A program made the position numbers and the translations under genes. Under the pieces are notes generated by a model. The model did no database searches. It was not told the DNA's origin and saw only the letters and a program-made list of their open reading frames with translations. A stretch of 64,000 nucleotides of DNA from an uncultured Chloroflexia bacterium (GTDB lineage Bacteria; Chloroflexota; UBA6077; JACCZL01): the NCBI GenBank assembly GCA_963765765.1, contig CAVXYC010000023.1:288001-352000 (forward strand), given 5' to 3'. This document shows positions 1 through 9,538 of this stretch, piece by piece; the stretch's first letter is position 1; every line of letters begins with the position of its first letter.

Positions 1-347
1 GCGATCATCCGTGTGTACGTATCGATTACGCCGCCCGCCCCGTACCCAATAATCATACGGACCGTTTTTCCGCCGTAGAACGCTGCTACAGCCGACTGGT
101 CGAAGGTCTCCGCGCTGGCAGCAGGCTTGGACGCCGGTGGCGAGCTCGAGGGACTCGGCGCAAGCGGAGCTGACGGCGAGGCTGCGGGTTGCGTTGACTG
201 CATCGTGGCTGGGCTGGCGGTGGGTGTCGCGGTCGGTGTTGGAGAGCACGCGGTGAAAAGTGAAGCACTTGCGCCGATAGCCACGAACCGCAAGAAATCG
301 CGTCGCGACTGGATTTTGGTGGCGCGATCGATACGCTCTGGCGTCAT
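1..347 (-). CDS. Partial (5' part) Tat-exported lipoprotein, tripartite tricarboxylate transporter substrate-binding protein (TctC/Bug family)
   Basis: Manual translation from ATG at 347: MTPERIDRATKIQSRRDFLRFVAIGASASLFTAC (twin-Arg + lipobox), Pro/Ser/Ala linker, then FYGGKTVRMIIGYGAGGGVIDTYTRMIA typical of Bug/TctC N-terminus; runs off window edge. Confidence 0.8.
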   Translation of the reverse strand, partial: MTPERIDRATKIQSRRDFLRFVAIGASASLFTACSPTPTATPTASPATMQSTQPAASPSAPLAPSPSSSPPASKPAASAETFDQSAVAAFYGGKTVRMIIGYGAGGVIDTYTRMI

Positions 348-667
348 GTAGTCGTTTCCCAATCAGATGGACGGATCTGCTGATCCAAGCATTCGTCGGC
401 TGAGTGCGATGCACGCGAAAGCACTGATTTCACGTGAAGAAGGACTTCTGTGGAATGTCGCTCGGGATTGTACGGTAAGTCATGGCTGCGTTCTGTAAGA
501 GCGAGCCAGATGATGGCCCTAGCTCATTTCGATATGCTCTCGGACATTGGCTCAAAAGAGATACGAATCGATGCCTACTGAGAGACGCGCGGTGAGCACA
601 TCGCCAGATACACAGGGCCCTGCAGGTCAGCGTCTGCCTCATGAATACGGTGCCCGCCCCGGCTAAT

Positions 668-1831
668 TTATCCGTTCAGGCGCGCCCCACTCGCGTGCGC
701 CGCGACCATCCGAGCGGCCACCCGACAGCCGGTGACGAAACCGAAGAACGGTCCGTGGTCACGGGTGGCCGCGAGGCCCGTGACATAGAGACCCGGAACA
801 GTCGTCTGAAACCACGGATTCAGCACCGGAAATCCGTCGACCAACTCCAGGCTGTCGCGAATTGACGGATGCATCAGGTACGACACACGGCTTAGATCGG
901 GCCGATATCCGGTAGCAAAAATCACTTGATCTACATTGACGACTGCGCCATTGGTGAGTGTCACGGCGAGGGAATGATCCGCGCGCAGACGACACTCGGC
1001 AAGCATTGCTCCAGGGTGCGTGTGGATGCGATCGTGAGCAAGGCGCGGCGCCAGCCACGGCTCGAGTTTGAGTCGACCCTCCACCCAGAATCGCCGGCGC
1101 AGAGCATCCTGGTCCGCCTGCGTCATGGCCGAAAACCAGCCAGGCGATTGTTCGGCGCGCTCGACCAGGCTGTACACCCACGACCAGTCTGATGGCTCGA
1201 AGCGCGGTGGCTCATGGCGATACACCAGGTGCACGGCGTCGGCACCGACCTCACCGAGCAGCGCGGCCCACTCGTGCGCGCTCTGCCGACCGCCCAGGAT
1301 CAGGCAGCGGCGATCGCGGAATTGCTCCAACTCTACCGCCTGGCAGGTGTGGTCGTAGCGGCCATTCGGAAGTATCTCGCTCAACTCGGGCGGAATGTGC
1401 CAGAACGGCTCGAAGCCGATAGCCGCCAATACATTCTGGGCCTCGACGGTGGAGCCGTCTTCAAGTGTGGCGGTGAAGGCCCAGCTGGCCGATTCCAGGC
1501 TCCGAACATAGCGCACGTCAACGTCGAGCTCGGTGCGATCGACGAACCATCGCACGTAGTCGCGGAAGACGTCGAGGGCAAGGGGATGAAGCTGCTGAGT
1601 CGGGATGGCTCGCTCCTCGGCAAACGCCGCAAAGGTAAGCCGCTCGAGCGGATCGATGTGCCAGTCGAGCCCAGAGCGAAGCACCATGCCTTTCGGCATA
1701 TGGCGCTCCCAGAGGTCGAGGAGGCGTCCATGGACGCGCACGGATAGGCCGCGCGCTCGAGCAGCCGCGGCCGCGGCTAGACCGTACGGCCCCGCGCCAA
1801 TGATCAGTAGATCGACGGGGTGCTCAGCCAT
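668..1831 (-). CDS. FAD/NAD(P)-dependent oxidoreductase (flavoprotein monooxygenase-like)
   Basis: LLIIGAGPYG FAD motif, ILGGRQSA NAD(P) motif, IFATGY motif. Confidence 0.8.
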   Translation of the reverse strand: MAEHPVDLLIIGAGPYGLAAAAAARARGLSVRVHGRLLDLWERHMPKGMVLRSGLDWHIDPLERLTFAAFAEERAIPTQQLHPLALDVFRDYVRWFVDRTELDVDVRYVRSLESASWAFTATLEDGSTVEAQNVLAAIGFEPFWHIPPELSEILPNGRYDHTCQAVELEQFRDRRCLILGGRQSAHEWAALLGEVGADAVHLVYRHEPPRFEPSDWSWVYSLVERAEQSPGWFSAMTQADQDALRRRFWVEGRLKLEPWLAPRLAHDRIHTHPGAMLAECRLRADHSLAVTLTNGAVVNVDQVIFATGYRPDLSRVSYLMHPSIRDSLELVDGFPVLNPWFQTTVPGLYVTGLAATRDHGPFFGFVTGCRVAARMVAAHASGARLNG

Positions 1832-2270
1832 GCTCGCCCGACTCCGGTCTCATCGTGTAGGTCCAGCCTTCGCCGTCGAGGATGGATACTCCGTCCTGGT
1901 TGAACACCTCGAACTTGAGCTGGCAGACCGGTTTGTCCGGTTTGAGGCTCAGCACCTCCACTCGCGCCCTGAGTGTGTCGCCCAGGTAGACAGGGGCTCG
2001 GTAATTAAGCGTCTGGCTCATGAATACGGTGCCTGCCCCGGGAAGGTCCATAGCCACCAGAGCATTGAAGAGCCCGGCCGCGACCCCGCCTTGAGCAACG
2101 AGACGGCCGAAGCGCGTCTTCGCGGCGAAGTCCTCATCGAAGTGGAGCGGGTTGTAATCGCCCGTGATCTCGGCGAAGGCGCGTACGTCCGCCTCCGTCA
2201 CGGTCTTCACGCGCTCGGCGGATTGGCCCACGTGGAGGCCGAGCGGGCCAATGGGCTCGGTTTGATTCAT
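1824..2270 (-). CDS. MaoC family dehydratase (R-specific enoyl-CoA hydratase)
   Basis: FAEITGDYNPLHFD hot-dog hydratase motif; APVYLGDT. Confidence 0.9.
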   Translation of the reverse strand: MNQTEPIGPLGLHVGQSAERVKTVTEADVRAFAEITGDYNPLHFDEDFAAKTRFGRLVAQGGVAAGLFNALVAMDLPGAGTVFMSQTLNYRAPVYLGDTLRARVEVLSLKPDKPVCQLKFEVFNQDGVSILDGEGWTYTMRPESGEHG

Positions 2271-2284
2271 GCGTCCCTCTGTAG

Positions 2285-2388
2285 CAGAGCCGCATCCCGT
2301 GAGGGTGCGGTTCCCTCTTGATGATCCCCAACGCCGTCATGCGAACGCGGTCGCGAGGGGACCGCCCCCTTACGGGATCGCGGCTCTG
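2285..2388. repeat. Inverted REP-like pair (CAGAGCCGCATCCCGTGAGGGTGCGG family)
   Basis: cagagccgcatcccgtgagggtgcggt ... accgcccccttacgggatcgcggctctg; related copies at 54899-55115. Confidence 0.65.
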
Positions 2389-2409
2389 TCATTGGTCGAG
2401 AGCCGCGTA

Positions 2410-3103
2410 TCATTTCATTGGTGAGAACGACGTGGGCCGGAGCACGATGTTCTCGGCGCGTTCCAGGATGGGGCCATTCGCGAGGCTAGCGTCGAAGGCC
2501 TTCTCTTTCTCAGGATCTTTCTGGAACGCCTCGTTGCAGCGGTTGCGCTCGTCGTAGCTCTCCCATGCCAGCATGTAGATCAAGAGCTGGTTGCTTGGTC
2601 CGAATGACCGGCTTCCAGTAGGCCACCTGCCGATAGCCGTGCTTTTTGAAGTAGTGCACGGTGTGGTCGCTGAAGCGGCGCACCAGATCACCCAGACGGC
2701 CAGGCACTGCCTCATACGTTCGTAGCTCGAACATGTACGGTTGGCGCCCCTCGATACTGGGCCCGTACGGCTCGCCCTTCTCCATTGGCGAGAAGTTGTG
2801 CGGCTCCAGAAGCGTATTGTTGACGCGCTTGACGAGCTGGCCGTCCTTCTCGGTTTCAGCCCATTTCGCGGCGCGCTCGGGCGAGCTTTGCCACTTGCTC
2901 ATCTTGGCCGTGCGCTCTTCAAAGCTTTCCCAGGCCCACATATAGACGATCTGGTTGTTGGAAACACCGACTTCAGGCGTCCAGAAGCCCACCAGGCGAA
3001 TCCCGTACTCCACCCATTTCTTGCTGGTGAAGCTACCGAAGCGATCGAGCAGAGCCGGCTGCTTCCCGGGCATCACATCATAGGTACGAAGCTCATACAA
3101 CAC
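2410..3103 (-). CDS. Tandem NIPSNAP-domain protein (frameshifted near 2600)
   Basis: YELRTY...PGK and FELRTYEAVPG repeats; ORFs 2510..3178 and 2410..2715 join to match paralogue 6075..6773. Confidence 0.85.
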
Positions 3104-3181
3104 GGCATCCTCCTCGGACGGCGATGGTCCGCATGGTAGCATGCCCGTCGAGCGTACACGCGTATACAAGGTGATCATGGA

Positions 3182-4120
3182 ATGACTCAGGAACCTGCTT
3201 CATCGCGTCGCTGGAAGCTCGCTTCGGTCATCGTCGGCGAAGGGACAACCGAGGCGGCCTTGCTCGTCGATGAGCACTTTTACGCGTTCGACATGCATCC
3301 CTCGGCTCGCCGTCTTATCGGCCACGACGGACCGACGACGATCTTCGACGTGCTGCAGCGATGGGCCCAATGGGAGCCACTGTTCGCGGAGATTGCCCGG
3401 AACGGTCGACGAAGCTGAGGGCCTGGTGGCGGAAGACGTCATCCTGCGCCCGCCGGTGCCTCGTCCACGCAAAATCTTCTGCGCCGGCGCCAATTACGCC
3501 TCGCACGTGCGTGAGATGGGCACGGATGTACCGGACAAGACGCGCACGAACCCCTTCTTCTTCATGAAGCCGCCCACCGCCGTCATTGGACCAAATGACT
3601 TCATTCGCATTCCACCGATGAGCGAGCAAGTGGACTGGGAGGTTGAGCTGGCGGCCTATATCGGCAAGACAGCGCGAAATGTCTCAGTGGAGCAGGCGGC
3701 GACCACGTGGCCGGTTACACGATTCTCAATGACATCTCAGCCCGAGACACGCACCGGCGAGATGATTGGGGTCAGGGGCCGTTCTACTGGGATTGGCTGC
3801 AGAGCAAAGGGTGTGACACGTTTGCGCCCACCGGCCCGTACTTCGTCCCGCGCAGCCAGATTTCCGATCCCTACAACCTGCGTCTCAGTCTCTCGGTCAA
3901 CGAGGAGATGATGCAAGACTCCAACACCAACGATCTGATCTTCAATGTGGAGGAACAAATCGCGTATCTCTCGTCGTTTATCACGCTCGAACCGGGCGAC
4001 ATCATCTCCACGGGTACACCTCCAGGCGTAGGGATGCCGCGCGGGATGTTCCTGAAGCGCGGCGATGAGGTGGTGGCCACCATCGAGCAGATTGGAATCC
4101 TGCGCAATCGGGTGATGTAA
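3182..4120 (+). CDS. Fumarylacetoacetate hydrolase (FAH) family protein, split by two frameshifts
   Basis: KIFCAGANY, FFFMKPPT, VDWEVEL, GYTILNDISARD, TLEPGDIISTGTPPGVG spread over ORFs 3182..3418, 3270..3911, 3707..4120. Confidence 0.9.
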
Positions 4121-4132
4121 GCGGAGGTCACG

Positions 4133-5488
4133 ATGTCTGACGTAACCGGCCAGGTGGCCGAATTCATCAGCGGATTGCGCTACGAGGACCTCACGCCAGA
4201 GGCCGTAAGCGCCACGAAGGACGTCATGCTGGACGCCATCGGCGTCGCTCTGGCGGGCAGCCGCGAGGAAGACGCGGAGATCGTCACAGACCTCGCCCGC
4301 GAGGACGGCGGTAAGGACGAGTCGGTCGTCATCGGCCACGGGTTCCGATTGCCGGCCGCCGCCGCGGCATTCGTCAATGGCGTAGCCGTGCATGCCCTGG
4401 ATTTCGACTCGAGCTTCGTCACCGCGGGTCAGCCGATGGCTGGCCTGACGCCCGCGGTGCTGGCCGCGGCCGAGCCGCGCAATGCCACTGGCGCGGAGCT
4501 TATCGCGGCGTATGCCACGGGTTACGAGGTCACTGCCAAGGTGGTCCGCTGCATGCCCGCCAACAATGAAGATCTGGGATGGCACAGTACGGGCTCGACC
4601 GGCTCTGTAGGCTGCGCCGCGGCCGCGGCCAACCTGCTGGGACTTGGAGCGGTGCGGGCGCGCCTGGCACTGGGCATCGTCACCTCCATGGCCAGCGGAC
4701 TCGTGGCCAACTTCGGAACGATGAGCAAGCCGCTCCACTCAGGTCTGGCCGCTCGCAATGGCGTCATGGCGAGCCGTCTGGCACAGCGAGGGTTTACCGG
4801 TAACGCGGCTTCACTGGAGCCAGGCGCAGGCTTCTTCCACGCCTTCTCGCACGGTCAGTCGCTGGACCTCAACCCGCTCGGGCAGATGGGCGCGCCGTTC
4901 GAAGTCGAGCAGGGCGTGCGTTACAAACCATATCCATGCGGCGGCCTCGTCCATTCCGCCATCGATGCGATGCTCGCTCTGCGCGGGGAGCACACGCTGG
5001 AGCCGAACCGCATCAAGAGCATCGACGTAGCGGTGACTCGTCAGACGGCCAGCCGAATCGTCTTCCGCGTCCCGGAGACGGGCATTCAGGGCAAATTCTG
5101 CCTGCCGTACATCATGGCTCGCGCCGTCATCGACGGCCAACTGGCCGTGGACACATTCACTGATGACGCCGTCCGCGACGCAGCCGTGCTTGCACTGGCC
5201 TCCCGCGTGACCATGGCGCACGATCCCTCGTTGGAGACTACCGTCCCAGGGAGCCGACCCGCGGTTGTGAAGATAACCTTGACCAACGGAGAGGTCCTGG
5301 AGAAGCGAATCGACTTCGCCCGCGGAGGAGCTCAGGCGCCGCTCAGCTCGTCGGAGCTTCGCGCCAAGTTCACCAGCAACGCCCGCCGCGTCTTGAGCGA
5401 GTCTGCCGCGAAGGATCTACTCGCGATGCTGGATGACCTCGAGAAGTTGTCATCCGTACGCGAGCTTGCCAGAATCCTCGCAGGCTAG
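4133..5488 (+). CDS. MmgE/PrpD family protein
   Basis: HALDFD, GWHSTG, GTMSKPLHSG, YKPYPCG, GKFCLPY motifs. Confidence 0.92.
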   Translation: MSDVTGQVAEFISGLRYEDLTPEAVSATKDVMLDAIGVALAGSREEDAEIVTDLAREDGGKDESVVIGHGFRLPAAAAAFVNGVAVHALDFDSSFVTAGQPMAGLTPAVLAAAEPRNATGAELIAAYATGYEVTAKVVRCMPANNEDLGWHSTGSTGSVGCAAAAANLLGLGAVRARLALGIVTSMASGLVANFGTMSKPLHSGLAARNGVMASRLAQRGFTGNAASLEPGAGFFHAFSHGQSLDLNPLGQMGAPFEVEQGVRYKPYPCGGLVHSAIDAMLALRGEHTLEPNRIKSIDVAVTRQTASRIVFRVPETGIQGKFCLPYIMARAVIDGQLAVDTFTDDAVRDAAVLALASRVTMAHDPSLETTVPGSRPAVVKITLTNGEVLEKRIDFARGGAQAPLSSSELRAKFTSNARRVLSESAAKDLLAMLDDLEKLSSVRELARILAG

Positions 5489-5587
5489 CACCAGAGGATC
5501 TGCCGCGATGGTGTCAATTTTGGTCCTATCGGTTCGTCCCATAGACACCTGAGAGACTCAATTGAGCACTAGAGGAGATGTTGCGCG

Positions 5588-6001
5588 ATGAAGATCACTG
5601 TAGAAACTGTCGTCAAGGCGCCGCTAAACACCGTCTGGGACACCTGGAACAATCCCGAAGACATCAAACAATGGAACACCGCTCAGGATGACTGGCACAC
5701 CACCCGGAGTACCGTGGACTTGCGCGAAGGTGGCAAGTTCTCTGCCCGCATGGAAGCAAAGGACGGCAGCATGGGCTTTGACTTCGAAGGAACGTATACA
5801 CGTGTCGAGCCCAACAAGGTTATTGAGTACCGAATGGACGATGACCGCCAAGTCACGATCGAGTTTATCGAACAGCCTGCCGGAACTGTCCTCGTGAAGG
5901 AGACATTCGACGCGGAGACGGAGAACACACCCGAGCTGCAGCGTCAGGGTTGGCAGGCAATTCTGGACAACTTCGGTCGGTACGCTGAAGCTAAGGGCTG
6001 A
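5588..6001 (+). CDS. SRPBCC/AHSA1-like protein
   Basis: VDLREGGKFSARMEAKDGSMGFDF ... QRQGWQAILDNF; RBS gaggag upstream. Confidence 0.9.
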   Translation: MKITVETVVKAPLNTVWDTWNNPEDIKQWNTAQDDWHTTRSTVDLREGGKFSARMEAKDGSMGFDFEGTYTRVEPNKVIEYRMDDDRQVTIEFIEQPAGTVLVKETFDAETENTPELQRQGWQAILDNFGRYAEAKG

Positions 6002-6031
6002 TCAAGGCCGTGCCTGGGACGATGAGATAAA

Positions 6032-6070
6032 CGAGCGAGAGCCCCTCCCGAACGGGAGGGGCTTTCGCTC
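6032..6070. terminator. Hairpin between convergent genes (probable bidirectional terminator)
   Basis: gagcgagagcccctcccg-aa-cgggaggggctttcgctc. Confidence 0.7.
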
Positions 6071-6074
6071 GGTT

Positions 6075-6773
6075 CTACCTCAACGGGGAGAACGCCGCCG
6101 GGCGCAGGAACGCGGTGCTCACGCGCTCCACGATCTGTCCGTCTTTCTCGCTCTCGTTGAAGACGCGCTCGCGCTCCGGGTCAGCGCGGAAGGCGGCGAA
6201 TTTCTTTGCTCGCTCGTCGTGGCTTTCCCAGGCGAGCATGTAGATGAGCATGTGGCTGTGTCCGCCGATAATAGGCGTCCAGTACCCCACCTGGCGGAAG
6301 CCGAAGTGCGCAAAGCGATCCGAGGTGAAGTCACCGAAGCGCCGCACCACATTTCGCAGTTTTCCCGGCATCGCCTCGTACTGCCGTAATTCGAAGATGT
6401 ACGGGGAGCGACCTTCGATCGGGTCGCCGACGGGGACCTTTCGGTCGACCTGACAGAACTCCGTGGGCTCGAGCAGCATGTTGTGGACTCGTTTGACCAG
6501 CGGTCCATCTTTCTCTGAAGCTGCCCAGCGCTCCGCTCGACCCGGCGCCGCGTGCCACGTCTCGAACTTTTCCTTGCGTTCTTCCAGGCTCTCCCAGGCC
6601 AGCATGTAGGTAAGCTCGGTGCTAGGCACACCGATATCGGGCGTCCAGAAACCAACGAGTCGGAACCCGACGCCGCTCCACTTGGGCACCGTGAAATCGG
6701 CAAAACGCTCGGTGAGCGCCGGCAGCTTTCCCGGCATCACCTCGTATCGTCGTAGCTCGTACAGCATGCTCAT
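6075..6773 (-). CDS. Tandem NIPSNAP-domain protein
   Basis: Two YELRRY/FELRQY NIPSNAP repeats, ends with FSPLR. Confidence 0.9.
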   Translation of the reverse strand: MSMLYELRRYEVMPGKLPALTERFADFTVPKWSGVGFRLVGFWTPDIGVPSTELTYMLAWESLEERKEKFETWHAAPGRAERWAASEKDGPLVKRVHNMLLEPTEFCQVDRKVPVGDPIEGRSPYIFELRQYEAMPGKLRNVVRRFGDFTSDRFAHFGFRQVGYWTPIIGGHSHMLIYMLAWESHDERAKKFAAFRADPERERVFNESEKDGQIVERVSTAFLRPAAFSPLR

Positions 6774-6807
6774 CCTCCGCGCCTCTTTGTTGAGGGGATT
6801 TGTCCAA

Positions 6808-7563
6808 TTACGGCATCACCATGCCGCCGTTGACGTAGACCGTCTGGCCGGTCATCCACCGGCTCGCATCGGAGAGTAAGAAACAGGTGACATCGCCGAT
6901 GTCCTCGGGTTGACCGATGCGTCCAAACGGGACATCGCGGGCGCGCTCGTCCATCATGTCCTGAGTTCTGCCAGCGCGCGCCAGCGGCGTGTCCGTGATA
7001 CCAGGGGCCAGGGCATTCACGCGAATATTATTCGCGGCCAGAGCCAATGCGAATGACTTGGTCAGGCCGATGACCCCGGCTTTGGCCGCCACGTAATGCG
7101 CGCTCGTCGGTCGGCCACGAATTGCCAGATCAGACGTGATGGTGACCAACGAACCGCCGTTGCCCGCCTGGATCATCGCTCTCGCCATCGCTTGCGTGCT
7201 CAGAAAAACGCCAGTGAGATTGACGTCGATCACGCGGCGCCATTCTTCCAGTGACATCTCCATGACAGGCACATTGCCACTGATGCCAGCACCGCATACG
7301 GCGCCATCAAGGCGGCCATACTTCTCCAGGGCCAGCTCAGCCAATCGCTGGCAGTCGGTGGGATCGCGGACGTCCATCTCTAGCGTAGATACCTTGCCAC
7401 CGTCGCTCAGAATCGCGTCGGCCGAGGTGTCCAGGCCTTCCTTGCTCAGGTCGCCCAGAACGAGCGACGCTCCGCCCTGGGCTGCCAACCGACTGGCGGC
7501 CCGACCAAGACCACTACCGCCGCCGGTGATGGCGATGACTTTCCCTTCAAGGTCGGCTGTCAT
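6808..7563 (-). CDS. Short-chain dehydrogenase/reductase
   Basis: TGGGSGLG, YVAAK catalytic motif, RVNALAPG. Confidence 0.92.
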   Translation of the reverse strand: MTADLEGKVIAITGGGSGLGRAASRLAAQGGASLVLGDLSKEGLDTSADAILSDGGKVSTLEMDVRDPTDCQRLAELALEKYGRLDGAVCGAGISGNVPVMEMSLEEWRRVIDVNLTGVFLSTQAMARAMIQAGNGGSLVTITSDLAIRGRPTSAHYVAAKAGVIGLTKSFALALAANNIRVNALAPGITDTPLARAGRTQDMMDERARDVPFGRIGQPEDIGDVTCFLLSDASRWMTGQTVYVNGGMVMP

Positions 7564-7625
7564 GTTTTCATCTCCTACGGCGTCTTCCGCTGCGATTTAG
7601 GACCTAGGGAACGGCACCCTTAGGA

Positions 7626-7708
7626 GCGTCTCGTAGTGGCGTCCCCTTGCGGGCGCCAACTAGAAATCCCTGACCACTCTGCTGCAAGGGGACGCCACTA
7701 CGAGACGC
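7626..7708. repeat. GTAG-type REP inverted pair (GTAGTGGCGTCCCCTTGC family)
   Basis: cgtctcgtagtggcgtccccttgc ... gcaaggggacgccactacgagacg; relatives at 52518-52610 and ~51147-51177. Confidence 0.75.
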
Positions 7709-7717
7709 CGTTGCGGC

Positions 7718-8875
7718 TTACGGCTCCCCAAAAATCCTCACCGCGTTATCCCAGAATAGCTTCTGCTTGGACGGGGCGGGGATGTTATCCCATCCGTCCA
7801 CGAGATTTACGGAATCGGGAAACCGCGACTCTGCGTGAGGATAGTCTGAGCCGAACATAAGCACCCCGTCGCCCAGGAGCTCGTTGCACATGCGCACCAT
7901 GTCGGAGCCCTCGTGCAGCACGATGGACGCGGCAAACTGGCCACTCAGCATGTACTCGCTGGGCTTGTGCTTGAGACCCTCGGCCACGTACCCCATGTAA
8001 TCCACCTGGTCGTCCATGCGCTTGGCCCAGAAGGGCAGCCAGCCGAATCCAGACTCCAGCACCACGAACTTGATGCCGGGGTAGCGATCCATGACCCCGC
8101 CGGCCAGAAACGAGCCCACCGCGCGCATGGCGCCCCAGGGGTGGGATGACAGGCGACCGAGAAATGGGTTGGACCACAAATCGCGGTAGCCCGGATAACC
8201 GGCGGCGAAGCTGTGATGGACCACGGGCAGACCGTGCTCCATGGCCGCTTCCCAGATGGGGTTCAGGTCTGGATGGTCCAGCGGGAAGTCCAATGGTAGA
8301 TGCGGGAACACGCCGATCGACCAGCGCTTGGATCCCCAGGCATGAATCTCTTTGACCGAATCTTCAATCGAGCGTCCGGTTGTCACAATGAGGGATTTGA
8401 GTCGAGTGGGATCCGCGCTGCAGTACTCATCCAGAAATCGGTGATTCGCCTGGATGAAGCCCATCTCCACGGTGGGATCTTTGTGCTCGTTGGGTCCCGT
8501 CGGAACCATGAGATGCACGTCGGTCCCCTCTTCGTCCATGTCACGAAGGCGGATCTTCGGGTCCTCGTTGGCGCCCTCGGTTGGAAAGCGGGAGCCCATG
8601 AACTGTTGGAAGTCGCGCTCGGTGTCCGCACGCGGCTCGGCCTCGCCAAGGTGCCGAGGGGTGGAGCCGCCCCAGCCTTCGCCGCGGTGAAAGCGGAAGT
8701 AATGCTTGTATGGTGGCTGCCGCTTCTCACCGGCCTGACCGATCTTGATCTCGACCTTGTGTTTATCGAGGTCGCCGACTTTTTCGCGCGTCGCCGCGTC
8801 CAACCATGGCTCGATCACCTCGGCAGCGCACCGAACGTGGGTGTCGGCATCGAAAATTCTCACACCGTTGCGCAT
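7718..8875 (-). CDS. Amidohydrolase_2 family protein
   Basis: IFDADTH, DMDEEG, LPVVHH, LESGFGWLP, MFGSDYPH motifs. Confidence 0.9.
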   Translation of the reverse strand: MRNGVRIFDADTHVRCAAEVIEPWLDAATREKVGDLDKHKVEIKIGQAGEKRQPPYKHYFRFHRGEGWGGSTPRHLGEAEPRADTERDFQQFMGSRFPTEGANEDPKIRLRDMDEEGTDVHLMVPTGPNEHKDPTVEMGFIQANHRFLDEYCSADPTRLKSLIVTTGRSIEDSVKEIHAWGSKRWSIGVFPHLPLDFPLDHPDLNPIWEAAMEHGLPVVHHSFAAGYPGYRDLWSNPFLGRLSSHPWGAMRAVGSFLAGGVMDRYPGIKFVVLESGFGWLPFWAKRMDDQVDYMGYVAEGLKHKPSEYMLSGQFAASIVLHEGSDMVRMCNELLGDGVLMFGSDYPHAESRFPDSVNLVDGWDNIPAPSKQKLFWDNAVRIFGEP

Positions 8876-8974
8876 GAATAAACCCCTCCCGGTCCCGCGT
8901 TGCACTGTCGCAGCCGCTCCGTTGGATGGTACCGCGTTTCCCCAAACCGCGCTCCACCAAAGCCCCCTTTTAAC

Positions 8975-9003
8975 TAGACATAAATGCGAGTTTCTACTAT
9001 AAT
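8975..9003 (+). promoter_or_regulatory. sigma70 promoter of the HhH-helicase-DUF790 operon
   Basis: TAGACA (8975-8980) - 17 bp - TATAAT (8998-9003). Confidence 0.8.
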
Positions 9004-9004
9004 T

Positions 9005-9018
9005 AGAACATTAGTTCT
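9005..9018. promoter_or_regulatory. LexA (SOS) box, GAAC-N4-GTTC type
   Basis: AGAACATTAGTTCT immediately downstream of the -10 box, over the expected transcription start; matches the Gram-positive/Chloroflexota LexA consensus. Confidence 0.8.
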
Positions 9019-9031
9019 GGATACACAACCC

Positions 9032-9496
9032 ATGGAAAATCGTGAAGCTGCGCGTCAAATCTTCGAAATCGCATCACTCCTTGAGACGCAGGGAGCCAAC
9101 CCGTACCGCGTTCGCGCGTACCGCCGGGCTGCCCTGGGTCTGCTGTACCTTCCGACCCGCGCCGATCAGCACACCACCGAAACCGGCGAGCTAGACCTCC
9201 CCTGGTTGGGCCCACGGTTACGCCGTAAGCTCGGTGAGCTAGTGAGCAAGGGCCACATGGAGTTCCACGACGATCTGGTGGCTCAGTTCCCGAAGCCGTT
9301 CTTGGAGCTCCTCACAATACCGGGCGTTGGTCCAAAGACCGCTACCCGGCTCATCGAAGACCTGGGGATTCGCAGCATTGCTGGCGTCGCCCGAGCGGCG
9401 CGCGCCCACAAGCTGCAGCAGGTGTACTGGATAGGCCCCGAGCGGGAGCGGCGACTTGGCCGAGCGGCCGAGTCGCTACTTCAGCGCGCCGCCTGA
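9032..9496 (+). CDS. Stand-alone helix-hairpin-helix protein = N-terminal (8 kDa + fingers) part of bacterial DNA polymerase X, no palm domain
   Basis: MENREAARQIFEIASLLETQGANPYRVRAYRRAA, ELLTIPGVGPKTA HhH, ends at about 154 aa. Confidence 0.85.
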   Translation: MENREAARQIFEIASLLETQGANPYRVRAYRRAALGLLYLPTRADQHTTETGELDLPWLGPRLRRKLGELVSKGHMEFHDDLVAQFPKPFLELLTIPGVGPKTATRLIEDLGIRSIAGVARAARAHKLQQVYWIGPERERRLGRAAESLLQRAA

Positions 9497-9538
9497 GCTC
9501 ATCACTCGCTGAACCGATCACAACGTCAGGGATCTCTT

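Noticed and set aside
350-660. Possible ncRNA or small gene in the lower-GC gap
   Set aside because: No recognisable structure, RBS or motif
3737-4738. Long antisense ORFs (e.g. 3737..4738, 37649..38554, 39477..40130, 31066..31752)
   Set aside because: Shadow ORFs opposite well-supported genes in high-GC DNA
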